From positions 288,001-352,000 of the forward strand of contig CBDCKN010000009.1 in assembly GCA_965218295.1 (NCBI GenBank): DNA of 64,000 bases, written 5' to 3'. Shown here in pieces: positions 10,196 through 20,380 of the stretch. A program made the position numbers and the translations under genes. Source of the stretch: Longimicrobiales bacterium (GTDB lineage: Bacteria > Gemmatimonadota > Gemmatimonadetes > Longimicrobiales > Gaopeijiaceae). Numbering within the stretch: position 1 is the stretch's first letter; the number at the start of each line of letters is the position of its first letter. The notes under the pieces were generated by a model. That model saw only the letters and a list, made by a program, of their open reading frames with translations, made no database searches and was not told the DNA's origin.

Positions 10196-11471
10196 TTAGG
10201 GAGCCGCGCGCCGGGCCTCGAGTCGGCCCTTGAGGAACTTCCCGAGCCCGCCCTCCTGCGTGCCCATGAGCACGTCCTCGTTGCTCAGCACCCACTGGGC
10301 GAACGCGATCGACGCCACCAGGAACACGATCTGCGACGTGAACGTGAGCGCGACGAGGTGAATCTGATAAGTGCCCATGATCGCTTCCCGGATGACCATG
10401 ATGACGTTCACGACGGGCGTCGCGGCCAACAGGAGCGTGAACTCGGTGTCGGGCGACTGCAGGAAGAATGCGGGGATGATCAGAAGGAAGTAGAACGGCG
10501 TGATCATGGACTGCCCTTCCTTGAACGTCCGGGCGAACGCGGCCAGGGCCAGCATGATAGCGGCCACGAAGAGCGCCGTTAGGCCCGCGCCCAGTCCGAT
10601 CACGGGTATGGCGCCCAATGGAATGCCCGTGGACATCAGCTCATCGGTCGCCCCGCCCGCCAGTGGGCGTAGTATCCACCGCATCGAGATCACCAGAGCG
10701 AACAGGTTGAGCAGCCCGCCGGCCAACCCGAACGTCGCGACGTAGAGGTACTTCGCCGTCGCCACGGCGGACCGGGGAGCGGCGACCGTCATCAGCGTCT
10801 CCCACGTGGACCGCTCCCGCTCCCCGGCGGTGGCGTCGACGGCGGGATAGAAGGTCGCCATGGCGACTATGATCATGGTGAGCACCGGGATGAAGAGGCC
10901 GAGGATGAAGCGCGTGATGTCCTCGCTGGAGGCCAGATTCTCTCGGACGACCCCGAAGTCCTCCCAGGTGGCGTCGCCAACCCCCAGCCCGCGCCGCTCA
11001 CGATCCAGCCAGGCACCCTTGTACGCCACCGCCGCCTCAACCACCCTTTCGCGGGCGACGCCGCTGCGATCCCGGGCTTGGTTGTAGTGAAGCTCGATCC
11101 GGAAATTTCCGGGAAGCGCTGCCCCCGCGGAATCGGGCTCGGTGAACTCGATGAGGGCATCCAGGCGCCCTTCGGCGATCGCCTCGACCGCCAAGTCCAC
11201 GCTCTCGGTCCAGAGCGAGTAGACGACGTCCTCGTCGGCGTCGAGCGTATCGATCAGGGCCTGGTGCGCGGCGGGCGGCCCCAGGGCGGCTACTCGGGAA
11301 GGCAGCCGCTCCGCCTGGCCCTGAACGAACGACAAGCCCGCGAACCCCGCCCACAGCAGAGCGGGGTACATCACGACCGGCAGAACGAGGCTGTAGACGA
11401 CGATGTTCCGCCTCACGAAGCGCGCAGCGGACCTCGTGTCGGTAAAGCTCGATGACCTGCCGGAATTCCAC
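10196..11471 (-). CDS. ABC-2 permease (NatB-like), frameshift near 11415
   Basis: AGERERSTWETLM, ARTFKEGQS; N-terminus VEFRQVIELYRHEVRCALRE lies in the adjacent frame. Confidence 0.82.
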
Positions 11472-11626
11472 GTGGGGCTCTCCCGTGGGCAAAGGCACGG
11501 CTCTGGTCCAAAGCACGTCCGGTTCGTAACCTGAGGTTGCGGGGTTCGAGGCCTTCAGGCAATCCTGCCGCTGTACGATCCTGCAGGAGCCAAGCCCGTC
11601 CCGCATCGTCTTCTTGAAGGAGAGCC

Positions 11627-12329
11627 TTGACAACCGCGCAGCCCATCGAGTCGGCGAAGACAGTCTGGACGGTGCCCCGTCAGCCTGCCGCGCTCACCGC
11701 CTTCAAAGTCACTGGGGTCGCCGTATCGAGCGCGCTCTTCGTGACTCTCCTCGTCCGCATCGTCGTCGCCCTCGCCGCCGGCACCTCCGCCTGGCTCGTC
11801 CTACCGGCCTTCCTCCTCGGCTACCTCTTCGCCGACCTGATCTCCGGTACCGCGCACTGGTTTTGCGACACCTTCTTCGAAGAGGACACGCCCGTCATCG
11901 GCAGGATCGTCATCCAGCCCTTCCGCGACCACCACGTGCACCCGCAGCGCATCACCCGCTATCGATTCATCGAGCAGGACACGATGAACTTCTTTCTCAT
12001 GCTGCCGCCGCTTGCGGTGGCGTTCTGGCTGGGGGCGCCGCTGCCGGGGAGCGTCGGCGCGCTCTTCTGGTGCTGCGGCCTGCTGGGCCTCGCGACGGGA
12101 TCGTTCGGCACCAATCTTTTCCATAAGTGGGCGCACGTGCCCAAGCCGCCAGTCGTAGTGGGCTGGCTCCAGTGGAGCGGCCTCATCCTCGAGCCCGAGC
12201 GCCACCAGGCGCCATCACCGCGACTACGACCGCGGGTTCTGCGTGACCTCCGGGTGGATGAACCCACTGCTCGACGCCCTCCGCTTCTTCCCGCGAGTCG
12301 AGCTCGTGGTGCGTTTTTTCCAACGATGA
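11627..12329 (+). CDS. CarF/TMEM189(PEDS1)/FAD4-family lipid desaturase, frameshift near 12207
   Basis: ADLISGTAHWFCD, FRDHHVHP, TNLFHKWAH; after removing one G the frame gives ERHQRHH...FCVTSGWMNPLLD...FQR-TGA. Confidence 0.85.
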
Positions 12330-13480
12330 CCGAGCAGCCTCAGCACCAGCCTCAGCCTCAGAGGCTACGCATCGGCGAGGGCAAGATAAGCGGTTATCTG
12401 TCGATCTTCCTCGCGGTGATCTCATTAGGAGCGGTGATCTGCTTCCACTTTCCGGAGTACTTCACGACGCCCGAGTTTCGGGCCGTCTACCCGGTGGACG
12501 TCCTGCGCTGGGTGCTCCTCGCTTGCCTGGTGCTCGCCTTCGGCTTCGCGCTCACGAGCTTCCTGCTCAGTGGCAAGACCAAGCTTGGGCTCACCGGCGT
12601 TCTCATCAGCGCGCTCGCCATCGTTCTCGGTGGCAACACCGTCAAGATCGACAACTTCAACCAGAGCATCGCCTCCATCAGCCTTGATTGGCTGTTGATC
12701 GACATCCTGGTGCTGTCGGCGATCTTCATCCCCGTCGAGCTTTTCCTACCCAAGCGCGCCGAGCAGACGAAATTCCACCTCGAGTGGAAGACCGATCTTG
12801 TCTACTTCGCCGTCGGCCATCTCCTCGTGCAGTTCACGGCGGTAGTGGTCAAAGCCCCGGCCGAGTCGATCTTCGGCGGATGGGGGCTGGCGGGGATGCA
12901 GTCGACGGTATCGAGTTGGCCGTTCCTCGTGCAGCTGCCCCTGGCCATGCTGGTCGCCGACCTCTTCCAATACACGGCCCACCGAGCCTTCCACGCGAAC
13001 TCCTTCCTGTGGCGCTTCCACGCCGTCCACCACTTGATTCGTGCGGTCGACTGGCTCGCCGGCTCGCGGCTGCACCTCGTCGACATCTTCGTCACGCGGG
13101 CGTTCTCCTACATCCCGCTCTACGTGCTGGGTTTCTCGATGCCGGTGTTCTATGCCTACGTGGCGATCGTCGCCCTACAGGCCGTCGCCGCCCATGCCAA
13201 CACCCGCATCCCGTTCGGGCCGATCAAGTACGTGCTCGTCACCCCGCAGTACCACCACTGGCACCACTCCGACGATCCCGAGTTCTACGACAAGAACTTT
13301 GCCATCCACTTCCCGCTGATCGACAGGCTCTTCGGCACCTACCACCTACCCGGCGACGAGTGGCCCGAGACGATGGGGCTAGGGGAGGAGCGGTTCCCGA
13401 AGGGATACCTCAGGCAGTTGGTCTACCCGTTCCGGAACGATCCGAAGACTGCGGAAGTAGTGGATCCCAGCGGGCGGTGA
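12326..13480 (+). CDS. sterol desaturase / fatty acid hydroxylase superfamily membrane protein
   Basis: His boxes HRAFH, HAVHH, HHWHH; KNFA...DRLFGT; ATGA overlap with the CarF-like stop. Confidence 0.9.
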   Translation: MTEQPQHQPQPQRLRIGEGKISGYLSIFLAVISLGAVICFHFPEYFTTPEFRAVYPVDVLRWVLLACLVLAFGFALTSFLLSGKTKLGLTGVLISALAIVLGGNTVKIDNFNQSIASISLDWLLIDILVLSAIFIPVELFLPKRAEQTKFHLEWKTDLVYFAVGHLLVQFTAVVVKAPAESIFGGWGLAGMQSTVSSWPFLVQLPLAMLVADLFQYTAHRAFHANSFLWRFHAVHHLIRAVDWLAGSRLHLVDIFVTRAFSYIPLYVLGFSMPVFYAYVAIVALQAVAAHANTRIPFGPIKYVLVTPQYHHWHHSDDPEFYDKNFAIHFPLIDRLFGTYHLPGDEWPETMGLGEERFPKGYLRQLVYPFRNDPKTAEVVDPSGR

Positions 13481-13669
13481 GGACCTCGAAGGGTCACCTC
13501 AACCTGGAATCTTCGACTTGTCCAAGACTTTCGTCTTCGCGCTCACCCCACCCGAAAAGGATCGGTGAAGTACCCATTGCGGGTCGACCCGCATCCGCAG
13601 CTCAAGAAGTTGAGGGAGAAGAAGAATTGACCTGCCGCCGCTGATCCGGCGTGGGGCGCGCGCCGGTTC

Positions 13670-15329
13670 CTAGCGCGGACGTGCCGTCGCTGACAGCAGC
13701 TCCCGCGCCCGCGCCGCGGGAACGCCCAGGTTCGAGCCCCCGAACTCCGGAAGGATTGCCACGTTGATCGCTACCACCTGGCCGTCCAGCGTCAGCACCG
13801 GACCGCCGCTTCCCCCACTGGTAGTTTCGGCGTCGTAGACGACGTTCTGAGTCGTCACCTGCCCCACGATGCCCCTACTCGCCAGCGGCGTGACGTGCCC
13901 GGCTCGCGACAGCCGCTCGGCGACCTCCCAGAAGTCCGTGACGCCGGCGTCGCGGAGGCCTTCCACGAACTCGGGATTGGTGCGGGCCATGAGCGCCCGG
14001 ATCCCCAGGGGGAAGCCGATGACGGTCACGGCCTCACCCGGCTCGGGCGGCCCTTCGGCCAGCGGTAGGTAGTCCGCTTCGCCACCGACCACGCAGCACA
14101 GCAGGGCCAGATCCGCGTTGTCGCTCGCCGAGACCAGCTCCAGGTCGAAGGGCTCGGCCACCCCGGGGAGGTAGGCGACGAAGCGCGTCATCCTTCCCTC
14201 GAAGCCCCGGGCGAGTAGGGCCCTCCCGGCGGGGTCGAACCCCCAGGGGATCGCGAGGTGGCGGTTCGTGAGCAGGAGTCCGTCCGGGCTCACCACAAAG
14301 GCCGTGCCCGTGAGGAAGACCTCCAGGGGAGGCCCCGCGCCGTCCAAGCTGATGGCCGGTTCGCCGACGGGGTTCCTGATGGGCAGGCCGCCCGCACCCA
14401 GGACCAGGCGCAGGGGACGGTCGCTCTCGGGCTGGACGAACCCGTAGCTCCCCTGCACGAAAACCGTCGAGCGGGAAGCGGCTCGGATCACCCGGGCCTC
14501 CGCTCCGCTCCGCTCTTCCAGCGCGTCCAGCCGATCTCGTGCCGTCGACACGCTGGACTGGAGCTCGGCGAAAAGGTCACCGAGGTCCTCGGAGGTGGGA
14601 ACCTGCGTTCGGGTCCGCTCGAGCAGCTCGGCCAGTCCCTCCACCCGGGTCATCTCGTCGGCGAGCCGTTGCTCGAGCTTCGCGCTTCGGCGCGCTAGCA
14701 ACACGGTGCCGAATCCCAGCAGGATCAGTACGGTCAGCACGCCGACGCGGAACGTACGAGCCGTTTGGGTCGCCAACTGCTTGGGGACGTCGGTGAGGAC
14801 CATGGCTGCCTTCCCCACGGGTCCTCGATCCGAGTTCCGAGCGCAGTCGAGGGCAGTCGGAGAAGACTTGCGTCATCGTCTTGTAGGGTGCGATTCCAGC
14901 GTCGTATATACGGTAGCGCAACACCGCACCGTCCCGGCCGATCTCCAGGACGTCCCCCGAGGCCAGGGTGAACCGCTTCACCTGCTCGCCGTTGACCCAG
15001 ACCTTGCTGTCACCCTCGGCCACCACCTCGTACGTGGTGCCTCTACAGCGCAGCGTAGCGTGGTGGGGCGCTGGGAGGGGCTCGGTATCGAGGGGCAGTC
15101 GCAGATCCATGCCGGGCCCGATGCCGATCTTGATCTCGTTCGCGGAGAGGCGGTGGGAGTACCCCCGTTGGCTCCCCGAGAGATGGACGAGGACGGGCGT
15201 GGGCCGGGGCCCGCCTGGCTCGCTCTCCGTGGTCACTTCTCGGTCATCCGCGTCCATCGGATCCAAACTCGTGTCGCTGCGCCGTGCCTCGGCCGGGGGT
15301 TCCGGCTCCGCGCCTTCGTCCTTGCTCAC
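13670..15329 (-). CDS. FHA domain-TM-coiled coil-trypsin-like serine protease, frameshift near 14850
   Basis: FHA-like N-terminus (IKIG...HHATL...VWVNG...LASGDVLEIG); protease LTNRHL, DLALL, GGSGGPV. Confidence 0.8.
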
Positions 15330-15430
15330 GTCGGGCGATCCGGTCCATCTCCGCTAAGAGTGCCTGAAACGGCTCCCAGCCGCCATACCCGTCGATGATC
15401 AGGGGGTACTTCACCAGGGAGCGGCTCCCG
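15330..15430 (-). pseudogene. internal fragment of an aldo/keto reductase-like gene
   Basis: SRSLVKYPLIIDGYGGWEPFQALLAEMDRIARR resembles a recalled AKR-subfamily segment (RSLxKYxLIIDxFGGW..FQ.LL). Confidence 0.45.
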
Positions 15431-15536
15431 GACGTCCCGTGCCACGGTCTGAATCGGGTTTGCGCATACGGGCGACCGGTTGCACCGTGCATTCGTCGGC
15501 GGTCCACGCCTCCTCCGCAGAGGGTCCCATCGGAAA

Positions 15537-15886
15537 ATGATCGAGCGCGTCTTCATCCTCAAGCGAACCGAGCTGTTCAAGGGACTTCCCTCTGACATCC
15601 TTGCCAGCTTCGTCAGCCACCTGGACGAGATCTACGTCGCCGCGGGCGAGACGATCTTCGAGAAAGGAGATCCGCGTTCACGACGGTGACCGGGAGATCG
15701 AGGTCGTGGGGTGCGACGAGGTGTTCGGCGAGACTCCTCACCGCCGAGGTCCGTAGCGCATCGGCCACGGCCGTGGAGGAGAGCCGGCTCCTCCGCCTCG
15801 ATCAGGACGTCCTGTACGAGGTGATGGCGGGGCGGCCCGCCATTTCCCGGGAAATCATCAGGGTGCTGGTGAACCGGCTGCAGTAG
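15537..15886 (+). pseudogene. stand-alone cyclic-nucleotide-binding domain protein, internally deleted/frameshifted
   Basis: MIERVFILKRTELFKGL...GETIFEKGD then RSASATAVEESRLLRLDQDVLYEVM...IIRVLVNRLQ in another frame. Confidence 0.7.
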
Positions 15887-15928
15887 CCCAGCATTTCGAT
15901 ACACAAACAGATACTGGCTGGCTTCGCG

Positions 15929-18904
15929 TCATCTCACCGGGAAGTGGTCAGGCCAGGAGCTTCCCCGGGTCTCGACGTTCTCGCGCAGCCGCTGGACGAT
16001 CATCTTAATCAGCGCCTGCGCCACCGAGACCTGATCGGCGATGAGCTCGTAGAGGTCTCCCTGCGTGAAGCACAGCATCCGCGTGGGCTCGCAGGCGGTG
16101 ACGGAGGCGGTCCGGGGGCCCGAGTGGAGAACCGTGAACTCGCCGAACACATGGTCCTCTCCCACCTGGGCGAGCTCGGTCGGCCATCGTGGATTCGGAC
16201 GCGGCCGCCGGTGACGAGATACATGGAGTCGGAGTCCCCCACGTCTCCCTTCGAGAACACGGCCTCGCCATCGTCCACATTCACCTCCTGGAGACGGGAC
16301 GCCAGGGCGGCGAGGGCGTGATCCGAAAGCTCCGCGAACAGATCCACGGAGCGGAGGCGAACGGTCCGCTCTTAGAGGCGGGCGTCCTCCTCTGACAGGG
16401 TGACGTCCCCGATGTTCACGACGGATGCGAGCTGCCGGGCGCAAAGGAGGGTCCAGTCGCTCATGGCCTTCTCTTCCAGGATGCTCATCAGCTGGGGTGT
16501 GAAGCCCAGGGGCGCCACGCCCCAATCGCGCCCGAGGCGTTCGAGACGATCAGCCGTGCCCAGATCCTCGAGCACCGGGAACAGCCATGCCCGCTCTTCG
16601 TTCGGGATGAAGTTCTCCACGACCTCCAGGGCGTATGACACACGCTCCCTGATCCCGCTGCTGTAGTTGTCCCAGGTCGTCATGGCGTCGCCCTCGGGAT
16701 ACAGCAGAGAGAGGAGAAGAAAGATGCGGTGGCGCACCCGCTCGATCTCCTCGGTGAGAGCAGCCTGAAGGACCCGGGCCTCCGCGGGTCCGTCCAGGTT
16801 TTCCGCGGCCATGAAGAGCACGGCGGCCTCTCTCGCCTCGTGACGGAGTCGCTCCGTCAGTTGCTCCTCCTGGTCGACGTCGGGTCTGAAGCCGCAGCTC
16901 ACGAGGGCCGTGAACCCCGCCTGCCGCTCCTCGCGGTCCGAGAGGCTCGTAAGGGGAAAGACGTGGCGGATCACTTCCTCCCCTCGGATCAGCCCGAGGA
17001 TCCGGAGGACCAGGAGCCGGAAGTGCCGGTCCCTGGCGTGGCGCTCGAATCCCTTCATCAGGCTGGGCACGGCGGGCTCGCCGGCGGCGATGAGGGCTTC
17101 CGACGCGTCGGCGGCCAGTTGCCGGTCCCGGAGGGCGTCCACCACGATGGGCCAGAGCGGAGCGTGCGCCATGGCCGCGGCGGCTTCAATGGCTGCCGCC
17201 CGGACCTGGGGACTCGGGTCGTTCAGGAGCTGGATGGCCTGGCGATAGAAGCTTGGGATGGCCGCATCCCGGAGCACGTGGGCCGCGAACACGCGGCTCA
17301 CCGGAGAGTGGGAGTTGAGCTCCTCGAGGAGCTCGGCCCCGGCGTAGACGACGCCCTCGATGGAGCCGGACCTCAGGAGGCCCACCAGCGCGCCCCGCTT
17401 CTCGTCGGGGGAACCGTCGCGGAGTGCCTCCATGACGGCCGGGTCGATCTCATCCATCATGCTGCCGAGGACGCGAATGGCCTCTCCGCGGAGCGCGTCT
17501 GATACACGGGAGTCCTCTACGATCTTCCTCACCGAGTCCAGCGCCTCGATGACCCCGTGGCGCTCGATCCTCCTGGACCAGGGAGAGCACGTTGTCATCG
17601 ACGATCTGCAGGCTCTCGCCCTTGATGCGCCGGCGATGGAGGACGGTGCCGAGGATGGTCACGTACTCCCTGCGCAGGCCCAGAGCCACCACGATCCAGA
17701 TTGCGCAGAACACCAAGAGCATGACGGCGAGCTCCGGCGCTCCGATGTCGAAGAAGTGGTGCAGCACGAGGAGCACCACGCCGGCGACCCCGATGGCGGC
17801 CGAGTCGATGATGCCGTCCATGGTCGTCTGGATCGCCGGGCCCCTCTCCATGAGGGGCTGGTAGAGGGTGGCGATGGACGACGTCTGAACGCCCCGGAAG
17901 ACCTTGTCGAAGAGCCGCGTCATTGTGGTGAGCCAGAAGACGAGGCCCACCGCGGGAAGGAGGTAGCCCGCCCCCGCCACGACCGTGGAGCCCAACAGCA
18001 CCGCCGCCGGGAGCCCGACCAGCCCGGCGATGAGGCCGAACTTCTGGATCATGCGGCCAGCGCCGAAGGTGCGGAAGAAGAAGTTGACCATGGCCGCCAC
18101 GGCGGAGTAAGTGGCGAAGAACCGGACCAGCTGTGCCGTGTCGCTGTACCGCTGCTGGGCCACGTCGTTGAAGGCGTTGTCCACGAAGACGAAGACCACG
18201 GCACTGAGGATGAAGTACGCCATCATCAGCTGGAGATAGGGGCTCGACCAGGTCACCCGCTCGGGAGCGCGAGCGCCCTCGGCCGGTCGGCCTCCACCGC
18301 GGAAGCGCTCGGGCCTGAAGCGGCAGAGGCTTACGAACGAGAAGGCGGCCAGGGCGAGTCCGGCCGCGCCGATGATGAGCAGGTTCGGGGCGCCGATGGT
18401 CCCCACCACCCGGAGGATGAAGAAGCCGCCCAGGAAAAACGCGAGCACGTCGCCCGTGGTCACCAGCGGGAAGAGCCGCTTGCCCTGCCGGATGTCGACG
18501 ACCTGTGTCGCGGCGCCCCAGAACGCGACGCTGGTCAGGGCGAAGAGCACGTGGAACCAGACGGCCAGGGCCATGGCGGGCCAGCGAGCGTCCGACCATC
18601 CAAGGAAGATCCGGATCGCGACCGTGGCGACCAGGGCGAAGAGGAGGTTCGCCAAGATCTGGGGCTGCAGCGTCATGCGGCGTCCCAGATAGAGATAGAC
18701 GGCGCTCGCCGCCATGGTCGCCACGGCCGCCAGCATGTAGACGTACGCCAGGTCCGAGGCGGGGTAGTTCTCCAGGAAGATTGCCTGGGAGGCCGTGAGG
18801 ATGAAAACCCGGGCGATGCCGAGGACGAAGGAGAAGAAGAACAGCCCCCCGGCGACTCCGGTTTCTTCCGCCTTTACGTTGAGGATCCTGAGGATTCAGT
18901 CCAC
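15929..18904 (-). pseudogene. Npt1/Npt2-like (ATP/ADP translocase-type) MFS domain + HEAT repeats + cNMP-binding domain, multiply disrupted
   Basis: Multi-TM region with DIRQGKRLFPL; HEAT repeats; FGEF...PRTASVTA; in-frame TGA 18898-18896, frameshift ~17580, in-frame TAA 16374-16372, frameshift ~16180. Confidence 0.8.
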
Positions 18905-18931
18905 TCGTGAGACCTGGCTTGTCTGGTGGGC

Positions 18932-19702
18932 CTACCGGAAGAAACCAAAGCGAATATGCCATGCGCCTTCTCGCTTCACCACCTCGAACCCCCAGCGCCC
19001 CTCCTGCATCATCGCCTGGTAGCCGTCCATGTCCGTCAACGGGAGCTCACGGATCCCCTCGTCCTCCACGAGCGACGGCTCGCGGCGCATGTCGTTGTAC
19101 AGGATGAAGCACGGCAGGCCGAACTTGTCGATGCGAAAGCCGGCCAGGAAGTATCCCTCGGCCAGGTGGTTCACGATGCTGACGGAGTTTCCGGGCAGGA
19201 CCTCACCGCAGAGGTGGTGGAATCCTGTTCGGTAGGCGTATAGGCCCCGGACCTCGACGAGGAACCGCTGGATCTGGCTGCCCCGGTAGTACGGGAGCAC
19301 GGCCGATCCCGCGAGATGTCCCACGTGCCGAAGGTCGTCTTCGTCGAGGTCCAGAAAGACCCCGTAGTTCTCCTCGCCGGGATCCGGTGTGAGCAGGGTC
19401 GCGTGGCCTATCATCGTTCCGTTGTGGAAGGCACCGACGATGCAGCCGGCCTCCGTGATGCACCTGTGATAGAAGTCGTAGTCACGCTCGTAGAGGAGGA
19501 GTGGCTCGGGCATGCCGTCCAGCACCTCGTGATGAAGGACCAGAAGCGGCTCGATGTCGTTCGGATCCAGAAACCGCACGACATAGGGGAAGACCTCGCC
19601 CGTTTCCCGGATCGTGCCCGTGCCTGAGAGCCGGGAGCTCCTGATCACGTCGGGCTCGACGTCCGCCAGAAATCTGGAATCGTCCCTGGCTATCTGCGGC
19701 AC
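18932..19702 (-). CDS. GNAT-fold N-acetyltransferase-like protein
   Basis: AVLPYYRGSQIQRFL acetyl-CoA motif A; VLPGNSVSIVNHLAEGY motif B. Confidence 0.7.
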   Translation of the reverse strand: MPQIARDDSRFLADVEPDVIRSSRLSGTGTIRETGEVFPYVVRFLDPNDIEPLLVLHHEVLDGMPEPLLLYERDYDFYHRCITEAGCIVGAFHNGTMIGHATLLTPDPGEENYGVFLDLDEDDLRHVGHLAGSAVLPYYRGSQIQRFLVEVRGLYAYRTGFHHLCGEVLPGNSVSIVNHLAEGYFLAGFRIDKFGLPCFILYNDMRREPSLVEDEGIRELPLTDMDGYQAMMQEGRWGFEVVKREGAWHIRFGFFR

Positions 19703-19855
19703 TATGTTTTCCGTCCTGGGGTGAGCCTGCTCCCTTGAACGGTGGGTCGCCCGGGCCGCGCGGCGCAAGGATGACCGTGAACCTTTTCACATCCGGACGT
19801 ATTCGACTTGGAGAGCGGGGCACAGGGCTCTGCCGCTCGACCGGGAAGAGGCTCG

Positions 19856-20368
19856 ATGCACCGAACCTTCGAAGAGCTTGCGAGTCAGGAGATCGACGGC
19901 CTCTACCACGGGGCCCTCTTTCTCAAAGCGGGCGAGGGACAGGCCGCCGAGGACCTTCTGCTGAGCACGTTGACGGGCGCCTTTCATGCGTTCCGCAAGG
20001 TGGAGCAGGGGACCGACGTGGCCCGATGGCTGGAGGGCCGGATGGTGCAGGCCTATCTGTCCGCCGTCACCGAAGGCGACTCGGACGGCGCATCGGTCGA
20101 GGAGCTCGACGTCCCCTCTCCCCCGCTCATGCGAACGGTGGATGTGGATCCCTTCGCTCTCCACAAGGCGGCCCGGAGAATTCCCCCGCGTGCCCGTGCG
20201 GCCTTATGGCTCGTGTTGCTTCGCAGATGGAAGTATTCCGAGGCCTCACGCGTCCTGGAAACGGATCTGGATGACTTGAAGGATCTCCTTGGGTACCGGC
20301 ACCTGCTCCTGACCGCGGTCCTCCGCGGACCGGACCAGCGGAACGGTACCAACGGAGAAGTGACGTAG
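19856..20368 (+). CDS. ECF sigma-factor-like protein (SigH/SigR-like region 2, divergent region 4)
   Basis: FEELA...LYHGAL...AAEDLL...AFHAF...GTDVARWL; RAALWLV...YSEAS; adjacent to an anti-sigma gene. Confidence 0.7.
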   Translation: MHRTFEELASQEIDGLYHGALFLKAGEGQAAEDLLLSTLTGAFHAFRKVEQGTDVARWLEGRMVQAYLSAVTEGDSDGASVEELDVPSPPLMRTVDVDPFALHKAARRIPPRARAALWLVLLRRWKYSEASRVLETDLDDLKDLLGYRHLLLTAVLRGPDQRNGTNGEVT

Positions 20369-20380
20369 GGTGCAGGAAGC

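Noticed and set aside
11627..13480. Single 617-aa CarF-sterol desaturase fusion protein
   Set aside because: The conserved CarF C-terminus lies in another frame and ends at an ATGA overlap, so these are two genes joined by a 1-base insertion.
13578..13593. Perfect 16-bp palindrome TGCGGGTCGACCCGCA between convergent genes
   Set aside because: Single occurrence, no U-tract, within what may be a gene remnant; no function supportable.
18896..18898. In-frame TGA as selenocysteine
   Set aside because: It is codon 3 of a transporter (MD*ILRIL, likely CGA->TGA) with no redox motif, and the gene has other lesions.
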